A DNA stretch of 64,000 nucleotides from Octopus sinensis (lineage: Eukaryota): contig NC_043000.1 of assembly GCF_006345805.1 (NCBI RefSeq), forward strand, positions 144,832,001 through 144,896,000, written 5' to 3'. Below are positions 52,987 through 64,000 of this stretch, one piece after another. Made by a program: the position numbers and the translations under genes. Under the pieces are notes generated by a model, which ran no database searches, was not told where the DNA came from, and saw only the letters and a program-made list of their open reading frames with translations. Position 1 is the first letter of the stretch. The number at the start of each line of letters is the position of its first letter.

Positions 52987-55304
52987 TATAAATAGCTGTG
53001 TATGATACTTCGACGTACCTGTGAGAATCGACTCCTCGGCCTCTTGTAAAATACCAAAATTCTAACGAATCCTTTAATTGAACAACTGATTAATAATTAT
53101 ACTTGTGTGCGCGCACGTGCGCGTAACGCAGCAGAATGAGCTACAAGAGCAATTAGGAAATGGCAATTAATAAGTCTCTACCCGGAATTTGAAAACATTG
53201 TACTTTGTATTAGAGTTTAAAACTGCATTAAGGACAGTAACTGAATATTTCAAAGAATTTAGTGGCCTCATCAAGTGACGGTTCAAACTTGTCGCTATCT
53301 AAACACCTAATTGAAAGAATTGTGGGAAACAAAGAGAAAAACCTGATATCTGAAGTTCTTTATATGTTTCCCATGAAATTGCAAGGGAACAAACCAATTA
53401 CTATTTTCAATCTGTAAATATAGGAATATTGAAATCATGTCTAACTATTAGCACAAAAATAGAAAACCATTGAGCATTATTTGATATTGTTATCACGAGA
53501 AATAATACATTCAAGGTTTATGAAATCTTTGTTGAACTCCACCTAGTGAAAATCTAGAATCATGAAAATGCGGCTATAGGAATATTCATTTCAAAGTGAT
53601 GTTTATAACCATGAAGTTATGAAATTGTTTAAGTTCTTGTAATTTCTTAAAGAATTCAAGCAAATCTACATTTTGATTACATATTTTTTACGGTTTGTAT
53701 CACACAAGCACATACACACACATATATATACGCATACAGACGCACACACACATACACAGCGCACACACAGACTCACACGAACGCATATACACATACTTTA
53801 AGTTGTAAGGATTGCTTAAGGGCCGCATGTTGGTAGAACCGTTACCACACGGGGTTGAGTGGGAAAGAAACCATCAGTGGCATTTCGCTCTACCTTTAAC
53901 CTATGAGTTCAAATTCCACCGTGGTTGACTTTTCCTTTTATCATCGCGGGGTCGATAAAATGAGTATCAGCTGATCACCGGGGTCGAAATAATCGACATA
54001 TCCTCTTCTTTGAAATCGCTGCCTTTGAACCAATAGTATAAAAACAATATATTAGTTTTCTTCCCGCGCAAATGCAAATGCATTTTATTAGATCAAATTT
54101 CAATATAACAGAATGAAACAAGAATAGGTAGGGGAAACGAGGGTTGTTACTTCGGCTCGGCTGTTACATGCACACAACACACTTCATCCAAACTTCACAA
54201 TATATAAAATCCTTCTATCGAAATATATTATGTTAGTATAGGTTAGTATGGGTAGAAGTTGAATGTTGTAACAAGTGTTCTTAGAATTCTCTATTCGGCA
54301 TGAGCCTGTATAGCACGAAAGGTGAAACAGCAATCAAAACCTTTATTCCTGTATTTTTGTAACAAAATATTCTCCCTTTTGTATCTCCTGGAAGCTGAGC
54401 CTTAGTTCTACAAAGGTGTCAATTACTATGAGAAGCGACAGACCAACATAAATTTTATATAAAAAGTCACAGGGCACGAACGTAGGTGTTCCTATATAAA
54501 TCTGTATTTCTATATGTTTTTGAGTGTATGTATTTGCATATGTAAAAATTTGATCTTTGAGTCACATATTTATTTGGGGCTGCTTACTCACCTAAGTATC
54601 TTGTATAGTATGTGTTTCTTGTAGTATGTTACATTTAATTTAGATTATTTTTCAATAAAGGTTGAAATCGACTGCACTTTTAATATCTAGTCACTACAAA
54701 GGCGCCGAGATGGCAGGATGGTTACCGGACCAGCGAAGATCAATTAGCCGCATTAAACCCGTCTTTACTCAGGTCAACATTGCCTTTTATCAGTTTTGGG
54801 TTGATATAATAATACTTGTTGAGCATTGGTGGCGATATATTCAACTTACTTCTTCCCTCCTCCCACAAACATGCTCCGCCTTGTGCCCGATTCTAAAAAT
54901 AGTATCTAATAATTTATATTCTAATATATGAAGGCTCTCATTTAAGAGAAACACAACTATCTACAAGTCCAATGCTGATCTTTCGGGCGGTTAAAGGAGA
55001 TGTTTACTATTACAGTAACCAACTTAAAATATATGAATTGAGTAACTTTAGCAAAGAACGAAATACATCACGGAAGCAGTCTTTCAATCATGTTCTTTAT
55101 TTTGGCCCCACAGCCAAAGAATTGAATTGAAAATAAAATAAATTGACATGGAATACACAAATCAAAAAGAAACGATCATTAATTGTTGAAATAAAATAAG
55201 TTTTCTTCATACGAAGTTCCTAAGCGCCATTAACATTATTATCATTCTATTTACTATATTCAGTCAGCAACAACATTATTTCCTCTACATGACATATGTT
55301 TTCT

Positions 55305-55313
55305 TTCTTTCCT

Positions 55314-55369
<56 letters not shown>

Positions 55370-55400
55370 TCATTCATTCTTTCTTCCTTGCTTTCTTCCT
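55305..55400. repeat. (CTTT)n microsatellite
   Basis: Direct observation. Confidence 0.95.
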
Positions 55401-56025
55401 TACTACATCGCTACCACTCTGTTTCCTTGTCTCAATCTTTCTCTTTTTATATACCTACTTCACACACTTTCTAGCCATTTTATTCTTTATCTGCGTATTT
55501 TCTTTGATTTCTACGCTATCTTTGATTACTACGCCTTATTTAATGTATAGATACTTGGAAACCAATTCATAATTTAGACGAATTGTTTGCAGGAACTTCG
55601 GTCATGAGTTTCTTTATAAATTTACAGACAATTTAGGACATTCTTTCAAATTAAAGACGCCTGGAAGCTTCTCAAATTTCAGCACGAATTGTGCAAAATC
55701 CATTCATGTGTTGGTGCCAAGCTTCTTCACCTCTTTTCATATGATATTCATTTCTGTCATGCTTCTATATTTTCCTGAAATATAAGGAATTTTTTCCATT
55801 ATTGACACGTGTATTTCGCTCTTAGTGAATTGCTAATTCAGTGTAGTCCTTATTTCATTTGCAAATTCTTTATTTTTATCTGTTGATATTTTCTACCTCA
55901 CAACTTCACAAGATCCTTTTCACTTTTCTTAGATACAAATTTTCCTTTTCTTGTCAAATTCATGCATCTCCAGAATTTGTTTTGCACGCGTGATTATGCG
56001 TACATGTACAAATATATGCATACAC

Positions 56026-56068
<43 letters not shown>

Positions 56069-57099
56069 ATATTTATATATATATATATATTATATATATA
56101 TATATTCTTAGACGAGCAAATATATATTTTTATGAATATATAAGCATATATACATATGAATATATACATAGTCGCGTGTACATGCAGAGACATACACACA
56201 CGCAAACATACACAAACCCATGTATCTGTATTTATACATTTTGCATGTGTATGTTCGATCAAATACATGTGTGTGTACGCGTTTATTGATGGACTCATGT
56301 GTATCACGTATTGATGGACTCATGTGTATCTACATAACGATCATGATGATATGCATGTACACATACTGAAATATTAGTATTACAAGAGGAAAGAGATTTT
56401 AAACAAACATAATCAACGATGCAATGTTATTTAAATAAGCATAATTAAATGTAAAGAGTTTTGGTGGAATATCATCTCATATGCTTCACGTGCGTGTAAT
56501 TGTCTATTTGCCTTGGCTGGTATTTCTTGGTGTGTATGTATATGATAATTTATTTTTAAGAATATGTATATACATATATGTGTACCTGTCTGTCTCTGCA
56601 TGTATTTGTGCTTATATGTATTTCTTTGTTACTTGTGAATATGAAGGAATATATTCTTCTTGACAGTTTACTACTTCATGACCTCTCTGTTACCGATATA
56701 AATATGCATTCAATGCTAACATATAGAACGGCAATTATATTTATTAAGTAGATAGTTGTATATAACAATTGGTAGTTGACTTCATTCCTATGTTACAAAT
56801 ATATATATATTGCTATCACCCTGGATAAAATCCATGAAAATGTAAATGCCGAAATATTCGCCACCTGTGTAAGGAATTTTATAATTTCTTTAGATTTTGA
56901 AATTAGAACAAACTATTTTATTATAATATTTTCGTTGTCAATATACATACTCATACTTCTCCTGAGATGCAAACTTTTACGACACAAAGGAAAACAAATA
57001 CTGTCCGTGGTAGAATCATTGGAGCCCAAATATATAGTTTGATATAAACTTATTCGGAATCGAAATTGCATTACTCGTGAATGGTGATAATACAGATAG

Positions 57100-57138
<39 letters not shown>

Positions 57139-58275
57139 CACACACACAAACACACGCGCAAACACACACGCACACACACACACACACACATAAATATATA
57201 TAAATATATATATAAGACATAGAAATGCTACATAGAAATAGACAGGTTTCCATGAAAGGAATTAGATATCTTGAGGAGATGCACTGTTATCTTAAGCAAA
57301 CGTGTTTCTATCGCATTGTGGTGCTACTAAAACATCATTTGTGTTCTTTGGACTTGTTATTCAAGAAAGGCCTTGAACAATCCATATCAGAATGTGGCCT
57401 GCATGAACACATGCCCAAACTATGAATATCTATGTTACATTTAGAGTATCATACACTTAGCAGCTTGATCTCAAGAAAAAGGAAACTCCTCCCTGAAGTT
57501 TCGTATTTAATATTTCATATTTAATTTAAGTAACATATACGTATGCAAATTATTATTTTCCCCTATGCCAAGGTCACAGCAATTTCATTTTCAGAACAGA
57601 TATCATCTGCAAGCGTGTGTCTTATCAAAATACACTAGTGGGTGTACAAGAAAATAACGCTTTGACGCAGTGCGTGAAGATCCTGTCTAAAATCGTCTGA
57701 ACAGCCCCAAAATATTCTTCAACATCCATCGAGGTAAAGTAATTGAATTCACAGAAAGGACCAAACTTTATTTTAAAAGAAACAAAAGAAGCAGACTCTC
57801 TTTAGGGAAAAAGGTAGGGAGACATTCATGCACGCAAATAACTTTATATGAAGTATGTATGCGAGTTGTATAGTCGCATCTCAGAGCGTATGTAATTGTA
57901 CAAGGTTTTCTAAGTTTACTCTGGTTACGTAAACTGCACGTAAATTTATGTAAATGTTTGACGTAAATAGCTGAATAAAATTAATACTCATATTAAATAA
58001 TTAAGCGCTATGAAAAGATTAACAGTAAGGCTACTCTATAATGACATCCACCATCTGAATCGCTTTCTCGTTGCTCCAATGAAATCAGAATTCAAACATG
58101 AGTTGTACTTGTCTTTCAATGCGCAGAGTTTTCACCTATGAATATCCTTGAGAACTATCCTACGGTACACGTATCTGTGGAATAATCAGCCATTTGTAGG
58201 TTAATTTCACGTAGATACATATACTATCATATACATACATGCATACATATATATACATATATATATATATATATA

Positions 58276-58506
58276 TTCTTTTATTCTTTTATTTGTTTCA
58301 GTTATTTGACTGCGGCTATGCTGGAGCACCGCTTTAAGTCGAACAAGTCGACACCCAGGACTTATTCTCTGTAAGCCTAGTACTTATTCTATCGGTCTGT
58401 TTTGCCGAACCGCTAAGTTACCAGGACGTAAGCACACCGACATCGGTTGTCAAGCGATCGTGGTGGGACAAACACACACACGCATACATACATACACACA
58501 CACACT

Positions 58507-58542
<36 letters not shown>

Positions 58543-58694
58543 CACACCCCTAGCTTCTTTCAGTTTCGGTCTACCAAATCCACTCACGAGGCTCTCGTCG
58601 CCTCGAGGCTATAGTAGAAGATTTTTCCCCGAAGTGCCACGCAGTGGGTCTGAACTCGGAGCCGTGTGGTTAGTTACCAAGCTACTTACCACAC
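58276..58694 (-). mobile_element. SINE family 2, near full-length
   Basis: Homologous to 44033-44428. Confidence 0.9.
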
Positions 58695-59696
58695 TGTCAA
58701 TCCTGCATCTATACACATACACACATACACATATGTATATACATATATATTCATAGATATGCATACACACTGTCAGATTAAAAAGGATTAAGTTTATGTT
58801 AAATGCATGAACGACGCCTTCGAGGGGCATCCACCTACTTAGTATTTCTGTAGTAGTGCCAAGAAAAAAAATTGTGATGCATGTACGTAATTTTGCGTCA
58901 ATACACACTATTCACCTTTATTTCATTCTAATTCCCTTGCCGTGGAATAAATGAACTATTTAAGCATTCTAATGCTCGGAACGAAGATATTCATCGAAAC
59001 TTTCTATTCAGAAAAAATACATTTACTTTAACACAAAATGACAGCTTCCGACAATGGAAATTCTATTTTGCACTCAAATTGTTTTTCTTGGCACATTTAA
59101 TTGGCGTTGTCAGCAGGTAACACCTATTTTTGAAACGAGACCTTATTTTAAACGACTTGTGTTATATTCTTTAAACTCTTTTACATCAGTGAATTCCATT
59201 AACGCTGCTAACGCATATCACACGTTAAGAAAATAATATATGAGTTGTATATAAAACCTACAACTAGATTATTTATAAAGTAAATTTCTAAATGTTTCGC
59301 CTTTATAGCGATTAATTTAGATATTGTCACTCCAAAGCAGATGCTGGTAATTATCATGATTCTTGATTTACTTGATACGTATACGTAATATTACACTAAA
59401 GTTACGTATATATTCATATATATGTCTGCGTTCGTGTGTGTGTATGTGCCTTTAACAATTACGCGTTTCAATGAAAATTGACTAAATGGAGACATTGACC
59501 GAAAATGGAAAAAATTTTCTATTCCTTAATCACTTAAAACTTCCTAATAATGGATGCGTCTTGCATTCATATATCAATTATTGAATTGAAAAATGCTAAT
59601 GATTTACATTGAACTTAGTGAATTTTATATCAGTCACTCATTTACTATCCATTGCATTTACATTAATATATTAATGTATTTATATGTTGCGTTTTA

Positions 59697-60128
59697 TCTG
59701 TATATATAAAAGGCAGGATGTGTGTGTGTGTGTACGTGAAGGTAGCTTATGCACGTCCACAAATTAGCACGCATGTCGCTCCAATTTTAGGAAAACATTC
59801 GTTATGACCTTAGCTTTATTTTCGTCAACTTATTTTCCCCAGAGGCACCAGCGAATAGCAGTAAACATAAATTTTCAACCAAAACTTTTAACAATTTTCA
59901 AGTCGGAGAAATCCCCATTCTTTGCAAACAGGAGTTAAGTCCGCTTCTAGCGACGAGTAAGTTTTTGTTAAGGCTTTTGTTGTTTTTTTTCATCGGGGAA
60001 AAAAGTATTTTGTTGATATCCGGGCAACACACACACACACGAACATGTATGCGTACAAACAAGCCTGTATGCAATAGGTGTACGTGCGTACGTATGTGTA
60101 GGTGTGTGTGTTGCACATACATTTGTGA

Positions 60129-60170
<42 letters not shown>

Positions 60171-60306
60171 ATATATATAAACCAATTTCAACGGATTTCG
60201 CCCAATTTTGACCTCGACGTTACTTAGTTTGCTTTGAAATAAAAAAACAATTGATTAGCTTAATAATGCTAACTTAATCCTGGGCAAAGCTGGGTTATAC
60301 TTCTAG
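59697..60306 (+). mobile_element. Non-autonomous Helitron (second family)
   Basis: A|TCTGTATATATAAAAGGCAG 5' end similar to 13680; 3' CCTGGGCAAAGCTGGG hairpin-like motif then CTAG|T. Confidence 0.78.
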
Positions 60307-60474
60307 TATCAATACTAAAATCGTGCGATTGTTATGTTTCATGATCACCGATAAATCTGCTGGTGAAATAGCATTCTTTCGAAGCTAAGATCGTATCTCA
60401 GCAACTAAACCTCTTTACTCCCAGAAAATATTTCAACCACCCTCGCCTCACCAATGTGTGTGTGTGCGTGTGTA

Positions 60475-61610
60475 CAGGGTGTGGTGAATAAATTGTCGTC
60501 TAAATTACGCAAAACTGTCAATGACACTGACATCTCATTTTTAACAGATTTATTTACCAAAATTACATAAATATATCTTTGAAAATACTAAAGAGTAAAT
60601 TTATTCAATACAATCGCCATTTGCTTCAATCACAACCTCCAGACGACTTCGGAATCTCATGCAACCCTTTTGGATGGTCTCCTTGTTTAAGTTAGTGAAC
60701 GCTGCAGTAATCCTTGCGTTCAGTTCTTTGGTGTTACAAAGAGTTTTGTTTGTCTCTCGTTCAACTGCGCCTCACACATAATAATCAAATGATATACTAT
60801 CTGGGTAGTTAGGTGGCCAGATATTAGGAGTGATGCGGTTGCAGAAATTGTCTGACAGCCATGACTGGGTTCTCCAGCTTGTGTAGAATGGTGCAGAGTC
60901 CTGTTGCCAGACACAGGGTCTTCCAGCAGCCAATCTCTTAATCCAGGGCAGTACTACATCCTCCAGGTACTTGATGTAGGTCTCAGTGTTGAGTCTGTTG
61001 TCCTGTAGGAGGATGAATGGAGACACAATGTCGCCATCAATAGTGATCCCTCCAACCACCATGATGTTGACTGGATGTTTGATTTTTATCGCTCTAGTTA
61101 CATGTTCTTGGGACACGGCAAGCCAACGGTCATTCTATGTGTTCACCATCTGATCTGCGTCAGATAAAAAATTATCTTCGGTTGGAAGGGAATCTTGAGT
61201 TTGCTCAAAAGCTTGGTAGCACAGTCATTCTCTGTCTTCGATGGTTTGAGATAAAAATTGGCCTTTCTCGTCTTTCATGAGGAATACGGAATGTCTCATG
61301 CACTACCTACTTGATACAAAGCTCATATCCCAGGCGAAAAACCTGATTGACTTGGAGAGATCATTTTCAATCATAGCTTGGATCTCACCAGCAACATTAG
61401 GAGTTATTTTCTTATCACAACGATACGAGTGAGGTTTCCGAGCTGCCGTAACTTCATAATGACCATTAGTCTCATGAATCTCTTTCTGAATCCTCTGCAT
61501 TGTCCTAAGATTGACAGCCAGACACTCTGAAATGTTCGTTTTGGAACTTCCGCGAATACCAAGCAGTATAGCAGCTCGTTTCTAAATGTATGCCATAGTG
61601 AATTGCGTAA
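60475..61610 (-). mobile_element. Tc1/mariner-superfamily transposon, maT(DD37D)-like, frameshifted; one TIR truncated
   Basis: TA|CAGGGTGTGGTGAAT terminus; transposase HPVNIMVVGGI..VWQQDSAP..WPPNYPDSISFDYYVWG..RLEVVIEANG; N-terminal piece 61303-61500. Subfamily call is from motif resemblance. Confidence 0.85.
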
Positions 61611-61611
61611 T

Positions 61612-62151
61612 CAAAAGACGCTGATGGCGTGTGTTTGGTGGTCTGGCGCAGGTGTGATCCATTATCATTTCATTAAACCTCTTTCATCGATCACGACCAA
61701 AGTATACTGCAGCTAATTGGACCAAATGATGCAGAAACTTACAAACAACATTAGTCAACAGATCCACTCCAATTTTATTGCAGGACAACTCCATACCACA
61801 CATCGCAAATACGACATTGGCGAACCTACTGGAGTTAGAGTTTGACCTTCTCCATCATCAAACATACTCACCTGATCTTGCCCCCATTGACTGCCACTTC
61901 TAGAATTTGGATAAATGTTTAATAGGAAAAGAATTTAATAACAACGATGTTGTAAAACAGGCCTTCCAAGATATTATTGACTCTAGATTTCCAGGCTTTT
62001 ACAGTTCCGGGTTGGACAGGCTACATCTGAAATGGCAGAATTTTATTGACAATATGGGTACATACTTTGATGAATAAAATTATTCCTTGTATTTATAAAA
62101 CATTAGCAAACCTTTTTGGGTTTTCTAAAAAGTTCATACTTGACGACCTAA
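61612..62151 (+). mobile_element. Mariner 3' half
   Basis: LMACVWWSGAGVIHY..ILLQDNSIPH..HQTYSPDLAP..WQNFIDNMGTYFDE*; terminal ..GACGACCTAA|TA. Confidence 0.9.
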
Positions 62152-62289
62152 TATAATAGATACAGTCTTAGTTACAAGATGTTCGTTGCATTTGATTTGT
62201 TGTAAAAGCATAATTCCCATTTAATTCAAGTGGGTTTTTTTTTTCTTTTCAAATAAGGCTTTTCATATCATTGTGTATTGTCCTCTACT

Positions 62290-62750
62290 GTTCGGCTCGG
62301 ATTTCCTCATGTCAACATTGAAGTGACCTACGTACTGGAATTATCAAATCAAGGAACTCAGAGGAACGCAGTATAGCTCAAGATGTCGAGGACAACCTCA
62401 CTAATCTTTTGAAGAACATTTCAGCGCCATTGAGTACTATGAAATGGTCGTAGGAATATTTAGGTCTGTAATTTAGATAGATGACTGTCACTTCAAGACA
62501 AAATCTCTAGAAGCACGCAACACCTGGTAGTCAGAGTTTCCGCAGATGTGCATAGAAAGACATTAAAATTCAGCTCGCACGTAGAATGTCAAAAAGCTGT
62601 TGTATTTGTGGAAATATATTGAACAGCGTCTGCAGTATGTATGACGAATCGAACGCACAGCCACGTTCATCTTGAAGATTGCATCATTGCTCCACTGGAC
62701 AGGCTGTGTATTTATCTCCGTTAATCTGTTTTCTTCGGTCGATCCCACGT
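62290..62750 (-). mobile_element. Possible decayed LINE AP-endonuclease relic
   Basis: Stop-interrupted frame with NVAVRSIR, DYQVLRASR and VGHFNVD, loosely matching APE motifs (NVRSL, YxxxRxDR, GDFN). Confidence 0.3.
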
Positions 62751-63061
62751 CGAATTGCTTTAATATTCACCCAAGAAAAATAGTGAGTGCAAAATTAAGT
62801 GCGGCGAATTTGTGAAAAGGTCGTTGATTAGTATATGTTTCCTCTGATTTCTTCTAAATTTTCCTGTTGATACGATTTTATAGTAAGCACAATTACAAAT
62901 GGTGGCCTCACATTCAAGTGTCCATTTCATCCAAAGGCACTATGAAAATATGTGTTAGCATCATGCTTATGACAATGATTATTATTAACGTCATCCTGAA
63001 CACTACATTCCCCTTGCCACCACCATCAGACCATTATCGATATTGTGGTCCCCAAGTCCTC

Positions 63062-63079
63062 ATCGCCATCATCATCATT

Positions 63080-63123
<44 letters not shown>

Positions 63124-63170
63124 AGTCATCATCATCGACATCATCATCATCATCATCATCATCTTCATCA
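63062..63170. repeat. (CAT)n microsatellite
   Basis: Direct observation. Confidence 0.96.
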
Positions 63171-63614
63171 TAATTTTACGTTTAAAATTGGCGGAAACGC
63201 GTTAAACTGCGAATAAGCGCCATTAAATAAACACATTCTGTCAGCGACTACCTGTCTGTCATGCGATAAATCGTACAACGGGCTGGCATCAGATTCATTT
63301 CCATGATGTTCTGTTCAATTTAGATTTCTCTAGATCATCGGTTAATATTGTGTGGAAGAACGGTGCAAACTGGTGTTCATATAATAGTACGGTTCCCTAC
63401 AATTTCACAGAGTAGTTTAAAAATTGATAGTAGCATATTTTCAGTCACCTATCCGAGTTAATTCTCATCATTTACAATGACAACCATGATCATCTTAAAA
63501 GCCGTGTATGATCACTTCTTTATTTATTTTAGCTCGAAAATATGTTTCGAATTTGGAGAAATTTATGGGTACCGTACCCGAATTTGGACACAGAAAACCG
63601 AGACTTTATATATA

Positions 63615-64000
63615 GGCGCAGCAGTGGCTGTGTGGTAAGTAGCTTGCTTACGAACTACATGGTTGTGGATTCAGTCCCACTGCGTAGCACCTTGGACAAG
63701 TGTCGCCTACTATAGCATCGAGGCGGCCAAATCCTTGTGAGTGGATTTGGTAGACGGAAACTGAAAGCCCGTCGTACATATGTATATGTATACATGTATG
63801 TGCGTATATGTTTGTGTGTCTGTGTTTGTCCGCACAACATCGCTTGACAGTCGATGCTGGTGTGTTTACGTCCGCATAACTTAGCGGTTCGGCAAAGAGA
63901 CCGATGTAATAAGTACTAGGCTTACAAAGAATAGTCCTGGGGTCGCTTTGCTTGATTAAGGCGGTGCTCCAGTATGGCCGCAGTCAAATGACTGAAACAA
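63615..64000 (+). mobile_element. SINE family 2, running to the window end
   Basis: tRNA-like head, central dinucleotide tract and 3' core ending TGACTGAAACAA. Confidence 0.92.

Overview
AT-rich, microsatellite-dense animal genomic DNA, almost entirely repeat-derived; the SINE families and repeat landscape suggest an octopus/cephalopod genome (inference). No complete host gene is visible. Two phase-compatible minus-strand exons (42650-42869, 41655-41778) are the best candidate for one. The dominant structure is a ~10.5 kb cluster (31.1-41.6 kb) of at least seven co-oriented R4/Dong-clade (restriction-like endonuclease) non-LTR retrotransposon insertions, most bounded by (TAA)n tracts. It includes one apparently full-length ~4 kb copy with Myb-like N-terminus, RT, CCHC and PD..D..K endonuclease, and one copy whose endonuclease segment is tandemly triplicated. 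Three further R4-like fragments lie elsewhere. Also present: mariner and maT/Tc1-like transposon relics, two non-autonomous Helitrons plus a Helitron Rep/helicase fragment, Penelope-like relics with GIY-YIG remnants and minimal hammerhead-ribozyme-like motifs, several MITE/foldback elements, and three tRNA-derived SINE families. One SINE is flanked by a 178-bp direct duplication and one family forms head-plus-tandem-body arrays. Two sub-regions (about 16.9-18.6 kb and 36-40 kb) show indel-rich divergence typical of unpolished long-read consensus, so some frameshifts and duplications may be artefacts. Most ORFs in the supplied track are microsatellite translations.
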